Source: Eledone cirrhosa
Taxonomy: Eukaryota
Direction: 5' to 3'
Assembly (NCBI GenBank): GCA_964016885.1
Contig: OZ024740.1
Location: 386,508,001-386,572,000, forward strand
Length of the DNA stretch: 64,000 bases
The notes beneath the pieces are model-generated. The model made no database searches. It had not been told where the DNA came from and saw only the letters and a list, made by a program, of their open reading frames with translations. This document shows, in pieces, positions 1 to 14,619 of this stretch. Made by a program: the position numbers and the translations under genes. Each line of letters starts with the position of its first letter. Within the stretch, counting starts at the first letter, position 1.

Positions 1-1792
1 ATGTTAAGGTATTGTTCTCAAAATAAATAATATCAAAATCTCATAGGTGAGACATTATGTGAGATAATAATGTGAGATAAAACCTTTACCATGAAAATAT
101 AATAGTATATGTAGAGTAATGTAAATGCTAAAAGGGTTATTCTAATCTTTAATTTTAATATAATTGTGTAGTTATCACCCAGCCCGCACTGTAAAGTGAT
201 CATGTAGGTGCCACAACAAAAAGTACCCAGCATACACTGTAAAGTGGTCATGTAGGTGTCATGACAAAAAGCACCCAGCACACACTGTAAATGAGGTTGG
301 CACTAGGAAGGGCATCCAGCTGTAGAAACCAAGCCCAAATCTTAGCATTGCTCACAACAGGATAACTCGTCTAACCCGTGCCAGAGTGGGAAAATAGATG
401 TTAAACGGTGATGATGATGATGTTAAAATGGGCGAAAATGTAATAGAAGAGTTAGTTTGTGGAGAGCATTGGTTTTCTATGTGGATGTCATGTGTTTTTA
501 TACTTTAGTTTTTTTATATTTTAGTTTTGACAGTTTGATAGTTTAGATATAATTTTATTTTTGTTGTTGGTTTTGGCTATATATGTTTGTGTGTGTGTGT
601 GTCTAACGTTTTTGTGATAAGATTAAACTTAAATAATACATGTGACAAAACTGATAATAGGAACCAAACCTCATATCTGCTGTATACCAGATAAACATAC
701 AGATAACCAACTACATGAAAATGAACTTAGCTTTTCAATATCAAATTAACTGTATTTAATGTCTAACTGGACAAACTGAAATTGTTTACTGTCAGTTGCA
801 TCACACAACTTTCACTGGTAAGGGAGCGGTCACTTACTCACCTGTAGGAAAATCAACTACATCACTGTTAAACAAAATACATGACTTATTGAAGAGCTGG
901 GAGTGTTTGAAATTTGAAAATGTGAGAGTCGCAAATGTAGAAAATAGCTGTAATAACAGTTGATCACTATAAATAATAGTTGAGAAAATGAGACAAATTA
1001 TTCTTACAGACAGAAAAAAGTGGAGCTTTTGTCCACTTTTTTTCAATTTCTAAGGGCTTTTAACCCAATTTTCTCAATTATTTAGTTTCAGTGATAGTCT
1101 GTTATTACAGTTATTTTCTACATTTGGGACTCTTACCTTTTCTACTTGTACTACTGAGTAAATCCACTTCAGTTGCACAAATCTCAACTGACTCTATGTG
1201 CATATTTGAATGTACATTTACGTAGTGTATCAAGTTCTCTTACTTACAATTATTATATTTTTACTTTGAGATTCCTGATGATAGCTATCCCATTTCCTGT
1301 GACAAAATCCAAATAGATATTTAATAATTGCTTCTACTTTTGGCCAGCAATTACCCAGTGTATTACTGGTACTTTATTTTATCGACCCCGTAAGGATGAA
1401 AGGCAAAGTTAACTTCGGCGGGATTTATAGATATTTAATAATAAATAGATATTTTTTAATAATGTTTTCTAATTTAAGAACAAGGCCAGTAATTTGTGGA
1501 GCAGGGAAAGTTGGTTATATTGACCCCAGTTCTTTTATCAACCTCAGAAGGATGAAAGGCAAAGTTGACATTGGCAGCATTTAAAACCAGAATGTAAAGG
1601 GCTGTTACAAAATACTGCAAAACATTTCATACAATGCACTAATGATTCTGTCATTCCACTGCAATTAGACATTTAATAATAAAAGAATGTTATTTAGGTT
1701 TCTAGATTATAAATTTGGAGAACTCCTTGAGCAAACTGAGGATATTGAAATGGAGTGGAGACTGTTCAGCTCAGCAGTTTCAGCTTCAGCTG

Positions 1793-2020
1793 TTAACCCT
1801 TTAATGTTCAAACTGGCCAAAACTGGCCAGAATTCTCTACCTATTTCTGTTGAAACTGGCTGTAACTGGTCACTCAAACTGACGTTAAGGTATTGTTCGC
1901 AAAATAAATACTTTCAAAATCTCATAGATTCGATATTATGTGAGGTAATTATGTGAGATAAAGCATTTACTATGAAAATATAATAGTATATATAGAGTAA
2001 TGTGAATACTAAAGAGTTAA
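1793..2020. mobile_element. piggyBac-type MITE (TTAA-flanked)
   Basis: TTAA-CCCTTTAATG...ATACTAAAGAG-TTAA; opposite orientation to the other full copies. A partial copy lies at 1-138. Confidence 0.75.
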
Positions 2021-2462
2021 ACGCTGTAGGCAAAAGCAGCGTGGTGTGTCACTGGATGGCAAGAGAACTTCTTGCTTCAATCAAGTGTTAAAAGATGCAA
2101 TCCAAGCAAAGAAATATGGTTACAAAGCTTGGTTTGGAAATAAGTCCTCCTTGTTGCACTTGTGGTACAAGCAGGCATGAAAAGTCACAGCAGAGACAAT
2201 AAAGACATCAAAAGTTAAGACATGAGAAGACTTTGGGTTTAATCTCAATATCTTCCATTGGAATTATTCTTAACAATGGCCCAGTCAATGGATTTAATGC
2301 TATAAATTATCATTATTGAGTGCAAACATGGCTGTATGGTTAAGATGTTTGTTTTACAGCTATATAACTGTAAGTATCATTTCCCTTTGTAACACCTTTC
2401 GCATGTGTCTCCCATTATAGTTTTGGGCTGACCAATGTTTGTGAAACTGGGTCGTACTCCAT

Positions 2463-2508
<46 letters not shown>

Positions 2509-2902
2509 CGAGTGTGTTTGTGCATGTATATGTATGTATCAGCAATAGAATATCAATAAAACTGGTGTGTCAAACAAAAATACTTAGTGGTAATTAATTC
2601 TGCATCAGTTACACAAACATTCCCTTGTCACTCTCAACATAGGAACTTCAATGAACCAGTGATTGACCCATTGGAATTCTATAATTGACAATGCTATAAT
2701 TAAAAAAATATATGATATAAAATAAAATAAATATAATTGTCCTGGGAATAGGGTGTTATTGAAGTGGTATATGTAAGTGATAGACTGGTACTTAAAGAAA
2801 AGGGAGATAAATATGAATAGATTTGACACAATTTGACACAAGATGAAGTTGATTGAAACAGATGACATATCTTTTATAATATATTTTTCTTATCTAGAGA
2901 GA

Positions 2903-2949
<47 letters not shown>

Positions 2950-3701
2950 AAAGAGAGAGAGAGAGAAAGAAAGAAAGTGACAGAGAGAGAAAATGAAGTT
3001 GAATGAGATAGTTAATATATTTTTCTTATCCTGAGAGAGAGAGCATTATTTTTTACCCTGTCGTCTGTGTCTTGGAGAAACTCAGAAAAATAGCCAAAGA
3101 AAGAAAGACCTCAAGGGAATGAACAGATGTTATTGGCAAGATTGTAACAGAAATGAATTAATAGAGCTGCTATTTAATGATATGATAATACTTATAATAA
3201 TAGCTGATCCTATTAGCATTAGGCCAGAAACCGCAGGGCAAGAATTGGTTCTCTGTTCATGACTAGAAATTATTTAATCAATATCTATAAGATTTGAACT
3301 AAGAATATAAAGATATGTAACTGAATACCTGTAATGTATTTACTCTAGCACTTTCTATATATACCACTGGAATGAACCTCTGTTGGTTTCAACAATGAGT
3401 GTTCCAGTTGTTTGATCAATGGAACAGCCTGTTTATGAAATTAATATGTAAGTAGCTGAGCACATGATAGACATAATTTTCAGGGAGATTCAGCATGACT
3501 CTGTGTGTGACATGGCTGGCCCTAATCCAGGTTGTATTATACGGTCTGAGTTCAAATCCCGCCGAATTTAACTTTGCCTTCATCCTTACGGGTTCGATAA
3601 AATAAAGTACCAGTAATGCACTGGGGTAATTGCTGACCCTATGCCAAAAGTAGAAACAATTATAGTACAAGTGGCTGAGTATTCCACAGACAGGAGTGCC
3701 C

Positions 3702-3897
3702 ATAACCCTTTAGCATTCACATTATTCCATATTTACTATTGTATTTTCACGGAAAGTATCGAATTTATGAGATTTTGATATTATTCATTTTGAGAATACC
3801 TTAAAATCAGTATGAGTGGACAGTTATGGCTGGTTTGAACAGAAAGAGGTGAGATAATTCTGGCTGGATACGGCCAGTTTAAATGCTAAAGGGTTAA
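3702..3897. mobile_element. piggyBac-type MITE
   Basis: CCCTTTAGCATT...AATGCTAAAGGG TIRs with (A/T)TAA flanks; inserted in a SINE. Confidence 0.8.
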
Positions 3898-4489
3898 TGT
3901 AATTCTCAGGGAGATTCAGTGTGATGTAGTGTGTAGTATCAAGCCTTTGAATTATAGGTACAGTCTATCCAATGACTTCCAAACAGATTCCACTTACCCA
4001 ATTTCACTCACAAGGTATGGATTGATCGGAAGATATAGTAAATGGTATATGCCTAAAATGCCATGCAGTGGAGTTAAACCTGGAACCTAATGATTGTAAA
4101 GCGAACTTCTTAGCCATTCAGTCATGCTATGTCAGCTTCTGTCAATCCATAACAGTTAATAACAATTTTGTGGGAGGAGGGCTGGAACTGATTGAATCAA
4201 TGCCTGAATAAAACTAGTACTTATCTTATTGCTCCTAGTAAGATGAAAGACATCTTCAATTCCAGTTGAACTGGAAACTTAGAAGTACATAACCAAATAC
4301 TGCCAGGCAAGTTGTCTAGTACAGAACCATTTTCTGTCGTCCCTGCACTTACCACTCCATAATAACAATCTCTGCAAAATAATACATTTTATAGTTGACA
4401 AAGTATATTCAATTAACTCTTAATGTCCTGTATTATATAAAACTACATCAGCAAAACCTCCTTGGAAAGTACAAATCAACATTATAAAT

Positions 4490-4680
4490 AATTGTTTCTA
4501 CTTTTGGCACAAGGCCAGCAATTATCCCAGTGCATTACTGGTACTTTATTTCATCGACTCCATCAGAATGAAAGGCGAAGTTAACCTCAGCGGTATTTGA
4601 ACTCAGACCATAAAGGGCCGTAACTCTATGCTGCAAAGCATGGCGTCCGACCTTCTACCGATACTGCCAATCCTCTGCCA
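4490..4680 (-). mobile_element. tRNA-derived SINE, same family
   Basis: Reverse complement of 48224-48406. Other copies lie near 1325, 1470, 5965, 6920, 8385, 13855, 15715, 23120-23930, 28500-28900, 44090, 49470-49835, 57715 and 58040. Confidence 0.88.
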
Positions 4681-4682
<2 letters not shown>

Positions 4683-4711
<29 letters not shown>

Positions 4712-5750
4712 CCGTTTTACGTCCGTTCTTCCACGCTAGCATGGGTTAGACGGGTTGTCCTGTTGTGGGCAGTGTCTGGTCGGCTGACCATGTCTTGCTC
4801 ATACAGGAACTGATTTGGCTTGATTTCTACAGCTGGATGCCCTTCCTAACACCAACCTCATTTACAGTGAGTGCTGGGTGCTTTTTCGTGGTGCCTACAC
4901 GTCCACTTTACAGTGTGGGCTGGGTGCTTTTTTGCCGTGGCACCTCCACGACCACCTTGCGGTGGGGGGGGGGGGGGCATATTGTTTATATGCTTCAGTT
5001 TGTACCCATCGGAGGTCGAGCACCCTGTATTACTGAGGTCACGGTCGTGTGTCATCGCCTTTGAGAGGTGTAATTGGGTAAGGTCGGCTTTTATCACCTC
5101 ATCCCAGGTCATCTTGGGTCTCCCCACTCCGCGGTTTCCATCAACTTCTAGTGCTCTGCACCTTTTTATGCAGCTGTCATCCTTCATACGCATCACATGT
5201 CCATACCAACGTATCTGCCTCTCCTGCACACAGCATTTGATTCCTCTTATGCTCAGTCTCTCTCTCAATTCATTTATGCTTTATCATTCGCGTATATTAC
5301 TGTTACACATCCATCGGAGCATGCAGGCTTCGTTTCTCTCTAATCTACGTAAGTCTTCCACCTTCAGCGCCCAGGTCTCACTACCATGCAACATTGCTGT
5401 TCGGATACCTGCCTTTCATTTTGAGGGAGAAGCCTTTTGCAGCTAGCAGTGGTAGTAGTTCCCTGAACTTCTTCCATCCTGTTCTTACCCTAGTTATTGT
5501 ACTTTCTGAACACCCACCTCCACTGCTAATTCGGTCACCAAGGTAACAGAAGCTGTCTACTGTCTCTACAGAGCACTCCCAGAGATTGGTGGTACTTGTT
5601 TCCTGTGGCTGTTTGCTGCTTGCTGTCTCAGCACAGCTGCTGCATGTGAAGCCTACATTCTTAATTAAGCTTCCTGAGATCCCGCTACATCTCTTGTGTA
5701 CCCATTGTTTGTATTTGGGGCAGAGAATGGAGTTCCTACCTACACCTTTC
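4683..5750 (-). mobile_element. RTE-clade LINE 3' fragment with (ATG)n tail
   Basis: ORFs with GVGRNSILC..WVHKRCSGI, FCYLGD, RVRTGWKKFRELLP and RWYGHVMRM..GRPKMTW; the tail appears as (CAT)n at 4683-4710. Confidence 0.92.
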
Positions 5751-8700
5751 AACACTATAATTAATGGTTTCTTATATAGGCACAAGGCCAGCATTTTTTG
5801 GGGAGCAGGAACAGTCGATTAAATCCACCCCAGAATAAAAAGCAAAGCCAAATTCAGTGGGATTTGAACTCAGTACGTAAAGGGCCGTAACTCTATGCCG
5901 CAAATCATGTTGTCCGACGCTCTACTGATATTGCCAATCCACCACCCTTAAACGTATATAATAATGATTTCTACTATAGGCACAAGGCCAGCAATTTTTG
6001 GGGGGGAGGGAAAGTCGATTAAATCAACCCCAGTGCGTAACTGGTATTTTATTTTATCGACCCCATAAGGATGAAAGTTAAAGTTAACCTCAGCAGGATT
6101 TGAACTCAGACCATAAAGGGCCATAACTCTATGCTGCAAAGCATGGCGTACAACCTTCTACCGATTCTGTGAATCCAATGCCTTCAACACTATAATTAAT
6201 AAAATGTTGTAGTTTGCTTGAAACATTGTATACAATATATAATGTGGATATAATATGGAAAGTGATATGTGGCTAAACAATGCAAAATGGACATTAAGAT
6301 GGAGGTAAGAAAAAAGTTAGTTACCTGGTAATCTTTTTTTTTTGCTGTTGTTTCTTTTGTTCTATAATGGTACACATTAAAAATTAAAATCTTTACTTTT
6401 GTTTACTTTAAATTTTCACAATGATCTCTCCACTAGTAAACATACTATAACCATTTGAATTAACAAACCCATTTTTAGATATTGTCTGCTAAATCATTAC
6501 AGGATATTAATAATTAAATATACTTGCTTCAATTATTTCTATTTGCATGTTAAAGTATGACTATAATTCATTCATGGTTTAAATATTTTCCTCCTGGATT
6601 GTAGAATTGGTACGGCATGTCCTTGTATGTAGTAAGAGGCAACTAAAAGAAACTAGCATGAGGAAGGTCATTTGGCTGTAACACTTCCTTAAAATATCCC
6701 ATCCCATCCATGCCACTATGGAAGACCAGAAGTTAAAACAGTGAGGACGGTGATGATGATGATGATAATGATGATGAGGCCTGTTCCATATCCCTTTTCT
6801 CCATTTTCTAAGTTAAATATATCTTCTTGGTCGTAACAAAATTTATCCCACTGTTTGAATTATTTATAAACTTACTGTAAAATTAATTTATTGTGTATAC
6901 TTCATTATTTCTTCATGCCAGTGGATGGGCAGTATCACCAGAATGTCAGACAACATTGTTTACAGCATTATGTTCTGAGTTCAAATCCCACCAAGGTTAG
7001 GTTTGCCTTTCATCCTTACGGGGTCGATAAAATAAAGTACCAGTAATGCACTGAGTTGATTTAATCAACTTTCTCTGCCCCCAAAATTGCTGGCCTTGTG
7101 CCTATGTAAGAAACCATTACTCCTTCATGCCAAAGAAGGTCTAAAACAGTAAATGTAAGAATTATTATTATATATCTACACGTAATTTTGTGTATGTGTA
7201 TTACCTCAAGGTGTATTGACCCAGTTAGCAAGCTGATATTATTGTGATTGAGTACAATATACCTACAATTTAAACCACTCCAACGATGGCCATCCTATTC
7301 TTCTTTTTAAACACCTAAAACTATATTATCCAATGCAATCTTAGTTACCTTTTCTGATGTGATAGGATGTGGTATAAGGAAAATTTGGTTGCTATTTCTA
7401 GCAGATCCAACGACCACTTAGATGTTCTCATATTAGCTCATTAACAAGTAGAAATTGTGGCACTCTAAAGATATTTTCTCCGGCAAGATTCCAGAGTTCA
7501 TTCTGTTTAACGAAATAATTATTTATAAACTCTAGAGAGTATCATGCACTAAGTGAAATTATTAGCAAATCAGTGACCCAGTTTTTATTTTTCAGCTGGA
7601 AATATTTCATTTATGTCACAAATGACCTTGGAAGAGACAAGAAGGCTATTACAATTTCCCATTTCTCTCTCTTAAGAATATCAAAATTCATGCATATTAA
7701 TATTATATTAATTATACTAAAATCACATATGAATGGCTCATTGAACAACATTCTAAGAAATATCAATTAAATAGGAATTCTTTGTGTGGATGGATTCCCT
7801 TGTTGAAATATGGAGAAAGCATAATGAATCACAGGTGTCAACTATATAAACCAACTGATGCAAGAAACAGTTATTTGTAAACACTGTGATAGTATTTCTG
7901 GTGAATATCTTTAGTAATATAACTTGACCTTTTAAATGTGTAATACTGCTATCATCTATGTAAACTATTGGTTTAAGATATGACATTTGGCTATAGTTTT
8001 TTATATTGAAAAATAAAACAAAATAAAAAATTATTTTATTGAAACGTTTATAGTTAAGCCTGTTTTAGGTTTTAAATTGCACATATTACAACTAATGTCA
8101 TTAGAACATCATAATCCTGACCAAAAGGTTGGTGGCTTGTATTTCCATCATTGACATTTAACTGTCTTTATCTGAAGTTTCCTATCTGTCTGTAAGTGGT
8201 TATTACAAATAGGTCCTGTTCACCTCCATAAAGAGCAGAAGCACTGGATAATTAAAAAAGGCTTTTTGTTATCATGTAGTGTTAACTTCAAAAGGCCTCC
8301 AAAGGGTAAGGATAAAGCTCCAGAACTGAGCTTCAGATTAAAGTCCCCAATCATCTTGGTCAACAATACTATTAGATAACATAATAATTGTTTCTATTTT
8401 GGGCACAAGACCTGCAATTATCCCAGTGCATTACTGGTACTTTATTTTATCGACCACGTAAAGATGAAAGGCAAAGTTAACCTCGGCGGGATTTGAACTC
8501 AGATCATAAAGGGCCGTAACTCTATGATGCAAAGCATGGCATCCAACCCTCTACTGATACTGTAATGTTAGTGTAGTTGGAGTGTAATTGTTCATCTTAC
8601 TCTAAACTCATCGCATTTGCTCATCTACGTTATAATAGGTACAACATGTTTATTTACCCAAGCTGCTAGTGAGAATACAAATGGTAATGTAGTCTCTCAA

Positions 8701-11700
8701 ACTACTAGATAGAGCAACCAAATCTCCTTTAAATCACATCCTACCATCTTTAAAAAGAGGACATATTAAATAATGTAATGCTCGCCCCACTGCAGTTCTT
8801 TTAAAGATATGTAAATAGGACACCACTCTAATGTTTTCATTTCTTCTTTACATCATTTTATGCTTTGTCTCTAGCAATGCTTCTTCTTCTTCTTCTTCTT
8901 CTTCTTCTTCTTCCACCTCCTCCTCCTCCTTCTTTACCCACCCCACCACCTAAAATGTCTTAAATGATAGGAGGTTTTGATATAAGGATAAATATTTTAC
9001 AATGGGAAGTTTCAGGTAATTTGATATCAAAAGAGTTAAGCATTCCTCACATTTCATAGGAAGAGAATAAGCAATTGAAACACTTTGGCTTATCAAATGA
9101 ATAAAAAAGCCAGCTTTGGCAGAATTTAAACTTGAAACGAAAGGCATTTAGTTCAATTAGTTCAGTGCTCTACTACTTTGAATGTATGTGTGGACTCCTG
9201 ATGGGGTTGTAGACGTGCCTTAGGTATTTTAAACTTGGTGGAGACCATCCCCTCTTCAGGCCTGAACATGGCCAGTTTCTTCCAGAGACAGAGAGAGAGA
9301 GCATGAGGGAGAGGAAATGAGAAAGAGATGTAGAGAATTGACCTCAGTACTGGACTGGTACTTTTTTTTTATTGACCTTGAAAGGGTGAAAGACAAATTT
9401 GACCTTAGTGGATTTGAACTAAGTGCAGAAAACCAGAATGAATACTACAAAGCATTATATCTAATGTTCTAACATCTCTACCAATTCACTGTCTTTTAGA
9501 ATAGCCATATGGACCTCTATATATAGAATTCTATTTTGCAGTTTTGTGCAACATATCTGGAGGCAACTAATTTATATATGATAATTTTAAAAATATCATA
9601 TACATTTCAAAACTGATTGTCAATATTGCTAAGCAATGCACACTAATTAGTAAAAAATAAATATTTCTATAATTTCTTGCTTATAAATTATGTGTTTTGA
9701 TTGTTCAACCAATCACAAACAGAGTGATACAGTAAATGACCAATCACATGTTTATGTATAATAAATATATTTATGTCTCCCTGTTAGTATTTTAAGTAGT
9801 GATCAAGTTACAGCTATCTTAGTACACAAGTAAGAATGTCAATATTGTATATGTTTCCATTTGAACTCAGAGTATAGAAAGCCAGAAGGAATAGCAGAAA
9901 ACATCCTATCTGATATTCTAACAATTCTGCCAATTTCTGCTTCTTCCATCACTTTGAAGGAAGTAAAATAACAGCATATATTGAAGATAGTGTTTCACAC
10001 CAATGAATCTGCTTTGTATTGATTTTGACCTGAGATAGAATAACTGAAAATTATGAGATCAATCATTTCATTTTTAACAATGTTGACCCAATATCTTTTC
10101 TGTATTAATGAGCTTTCGTTCTGAGCAGCAAAAAAAAAAAAGGAACTATATCTCACCTCTATTTTCAGTTGAGTTTACAGCACTTGTTGGTTTTGAGATG
10201 ATATAAACCTTTTACACACAGGTAAGGCAGTGGATATGCTTCAGGATCATTAAAGTATCGAAAACAAAATGCTCTGTGATATTTGTTCTGGCTCTTTGTG
10301 TTTTGAGTTCTGTTCCTACTGAGGGCAAATTGCCTTTCATCCTTCTGGGGTCAGTGCAGAGCAGTGGGTTGATAGAATTTCTCATGTATTGGATGAAATG
10401 ATCTTTTGTGTTTGCTCCAGCTCATTATGCTCTGAGTGTCCAGGTGAATGTATCAAAATTATCTCTATCTAATAGTCAACAAGATAAAGCCTTGTAAAAT
10501 ATACATAATACTAGTCAAGGAAACCTACAGGGGTTGTTCATTAACCTTGTGGTGTAGAAAGATGATGCACACAGATGTTCATACACTGTTGTTGTTGCTA
10601 AAAACTTCAATCTGCAGCTTGCAGTCAATCCAATATTTTCTGGAAATAATGACAGATGGTGTATGAATAGATGATGACTGGTATTTCTGAAAACATAATT
10701 CTCTTTTTAGGACATGCTGATGGCTGTTTCTCTGATTCCATACACAGTGATATAGATAAAATAGCGCGGGAAGGTGGTCCTCGTTGAGAAAACACGTTTT
10801 GTCTATGACATTGTTTTTAACCACTCTAGTGTTGGTGATCTACATGATAAAAGCAGCCAATACACTCTAAAAATGGTTGATGATAGGAAGTGCATCCAGC
10901 CACAGAAAACTTGTCAAACAAAGGGTCAGGGTGACTCTTTAGTTGTGTCAAGGGCATGACAATCTCTCTAGTGTTGTTGATCTACATGATAAATGAACCC
11001 AGTACACTCTGAAAGTCGTTGGTGATAGGAAGAGCATCCAGCCATAGAAAACCTGCCAAACAAATGTTCTGGAGGACTCTTCCACTGTGTCATGAACTTG
11101 ACAACTTCCCTATGGCTGGTGCTATAATAAAATGCATTTGGTAGAGCACAGGATCATATATAAGTGAGATATGAGCCTCAGCACAGAACAATCGATAGAG
11201 TGCAGAAATGTATGTAAGTGAGATGCAAGCCCCCAGCGCACCTCTGAGGTCAGTCATTCTTCTTGAGTACTAGCCAGTTTGTGCTGACTTGTTCAACTCT
11301 TGCGAGCAGGGGAAAAAAAATGTGTTATTGATGTTGCGGTTGCTGATGTTGCCTTAGATGGTTCATCAAACCAGCAAGTGACTTACATGTCATACCATAC
11401 AGTAAACAGGTAAGTTTCCTACCTGCTTGAGTTTGATTAATGTGGTATGCTTTGGAGTGCAGTGTTAGCCCACCTGCAGAGTGACAAACTTTGGTATAGC
11501 CGTCACAGGCAAAACAAAATGTATGGGGTACTCAAACATGTTATTTTCATGAGTATGACATCTGCTATGGCTTAGTAGCCCAGCCTGACATGCATACATG
11601 TCCACATCCCTCTCAGGTAAAAGTTTCTTTCAAACCCCATTCTGGGAGCAGATTAACATGCTCGCTTCACTTCAGTATACATACAAACAGGATATATACC

Positions 11701-12349
11701 AACCGACCTGGACCAATGTATGATTGAACTTGGATTCTTGGAGAAAGAATGCAGCTCATTGATTCATAAGCTACAAATGGGTACAATATCTGGAACCTTT
11801 AAAATCTGTACAACATTCTTAAGATTCAAAGGATGAACGATTGCACAAGGAATAGGGACAATTTCCTTATCTATATAGCCTTGCCACCTGGAAGGTGGTT
11901 AGTCAAAAATATACTCAAAACTAAGAGAAAAAGACAAAATATACATACATACACATATATGCATACACATACATACCTAAAGATGATATATATATAAAAT
12001 ATACCTAAATATAAGCATATATACATACATATGCTGTTTGTTGAGCCTGTGGTTGCTTGATATGCTAAAAATAGCAAGCCAAATCATCAAATTACATCTT
12101 AGAAAATTGGAGAATATGATCCCGAGTGCACTGTTCCTTGGAAATAGATGGAAAGATCATAGCTGGAATGCTTTTTCTCATAGATCAGCTTGATCATGGC
12201 TGACCTAGAGTTTAATACTTACAATGACAATATACGCTGATTAGTGATCCTGAAAATTACAGTTACATGACATATCTTAACCCAAACTGCCTGAAACCAC
12301 CCTTCATTCTATGGGACAATAATATTTTTTTTATTCTAAAATGTTTATA

Positions 12350-12820
12350 TCATCATCATCATCATCACCATTTTACTTCCATTTTTCCATGCTAACATTG
12401 GTTAGACAAGTTGTCCTGTTGTGGCAATTCCAGGTCAGGTGACCATGTCTTGCTCATACAGAATTGATTTTGGCTTGATTTCTACAGCTGGATGCCCTTC
12501 CTAACGCCAACCTCATTTACAGTGAGTACTGGGTGCTTTTTGTCATGACCACTTTAGTGTTTGTGTGTGGGGGGTAGTGGCATACTGTCTATATGCTTCA
12601 GCTTCAGCCTGTACCTGTGAGAAGTCGGGTCTTCTGTATTGCTGCATAACGCCAGAGGTCTCGGTCCTGTATCATCGCCTTTGGGAGGGCAATTGGGCAA
12701 GATTGGCTTTTATCACCTCATCCCCGGTCTTCTTGGGTCTCCCCACTCCAAGGCTTCCATCGACTTTGAGCAGTTGTCATCCTTCATATGCATCACATGA
12801 CTATACCAACGTAATCTCCT
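12350..12820 (-). mobile_element. RTE LINE 3' end with (ATG)n tail
   Basis: Near-identical to 4683-5220. Confidence 0.85.
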
Positions 12821-12876
12821 CTCCTTTTATTATAATTTTATCCTCCAAACACCAGCTTAATAATAAGGAAACTTAA

Positions 12877-13356
12877 TCTCTATATATATAAAACGGAAGA
12901 TGTCTGCCTGTGTGTGTGTATGATTTTTATGCATTTCCACATTTCTCTACCGATTTCGATGATTTTTTTTTCGAATGTGCTCCAAATTTACCAAGGATGG
13001 TCAACGTGTAATAAACTTTGCCAAAAATTTCCTACTTCTATGAAAAGAATCGATAAAACTAAATACATGCTGTAACCCTCTCTCTTATATGCTTATTCAC
13101 TCTCACTACTACCCTCAACAAACAATGAAACTACATACATGTTGCAACTCTCTCTATATATATATCACGCACACACACACACACATATACATATACATCT
13201 AAAGAGAGAAAGGGAGATGTAGAGAGAGAGAGTGAGATAGGTCGTTATACAGGGAGAGGTACATGATAATCAGATAGATAGATAGATAGAGAGAAAGAGA
13301 GAGAGAGAGAGAATGGCGACAAAAGCTGGTTCACACACACAAACACATATATATAT

Positions 13357-13395
<39 letters not shown>

Positions 13396-14497
13396 TGTTC
13401 TTTATTGTTCTCCATTCTGTAGAGGAAGAGAGAGAGAGGGGGTATGAGTGAGAGAGAGAAAGAGAGAGAGAAGGTATGAGAAAAAAGGGAGAGAAGTTGA
13501 GAAAGAAAGAAAGTTTAAGCAAAGAATCGCTGCTTTCAACATTAACGGGATCTTCTGAAACTAAAAAATTCAATCTGTGAACGCAGAATTAAATATTTTG
13601 AGAAACGTTGCAACCGAAGGAAAACAGGAAGACGATATTTTGGTTCGTGAAGACGTTCCCTGGTAATGAACGAAAAAAAGCGAGGATAATACGTCGTTAT
13701 GTGGACCGAGAAGAACAATTTCATGCAAAGACAAGTTTATGGTGTAAATGGAGTCGTTAGACTAATATTCTATTTAAAATAATGATTTCCAGCTCCGGAG
13801 TTTAAGAATGATGTAAATAAAATTGTAAATGAAAATGACAGAGGTTATTAAAATAGTTGTTTTTACTTTTGGCACAAGGCCAGCAATTACTCAGTACATT
13901 ACTGGTACTTTATTTTATCGACCCCGTAAGGATGAAAGGCAAAGTTAACTTCGATGGGATTTTAACTTTGTCTTAAAATAGTAAAAGTAAATAGTGAAGA
14001 TTTAGGCCAGTACATACGTATGCACCGACGGACATACACATACATATACATACGCACACACAAATATATACACACACACAAATATATATACACGCGCGCG
14101 CGCGCGCGTATTTCTACAGTATTTTCACCAAACTTAAGACATAGGTTACTTATGTACTCCGGATGGTCATGGGCACTTTCATTCTTCCAGATATTGATTA
14201 TAGGGCCTCCTGGCAGATAACCCCCTTTAACCACTTCCTTGGAGTCGACTGAAGCACTGCAGTGCAATGCAACAAAACGTCATAACTTCTGGTGTTTGCA
14301 ACCGATTTTCACAAAACTTGACACATGGGCTACGTTTGTCCTACAGATGAATGTGAACTCTCAGAATTGGCACATATTGAGTAGGGGACCCCTGGGGGCA
14401 GGAACCCCCTTTTGGAAAAAGCCAATGATTTTGTGAAAGTATAGTTTTCGAAGCAGCACTGAAGTATTGACATAACTGCTATTTAATACTCTGCTAG
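12877..14497 (+). mobile_element. Non-autonomous Helitron-like element inserted into a TTAA MITE
   Basis: Begins TCTCTATATATATAAAA after an A and ends CTAG before a T, with no TSD. The interrupted MITE sequence resumes across the junction (compare 40136-40250). The 3' hairpin is weak. Confidence 0.55.
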
Positions 14498-14619
14498 TTA
14501 TATTATAAGATCTTTCCAAATTCTTGATTATTTTCAAAATTATTTGAAAATCACAGGCAGCCTATTTTATTAGAAATGCTGTAATGAAAAGGTTAACCAA
14601 ATATTGCAAACACAAATTT

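Noticed and set aside
11658-11685. TGCTCGCTTC resembling the U6 snRNA 5' end
   Set aside because: The match is only about 10 nt, with no ACAGAGA box or remainder of U6.
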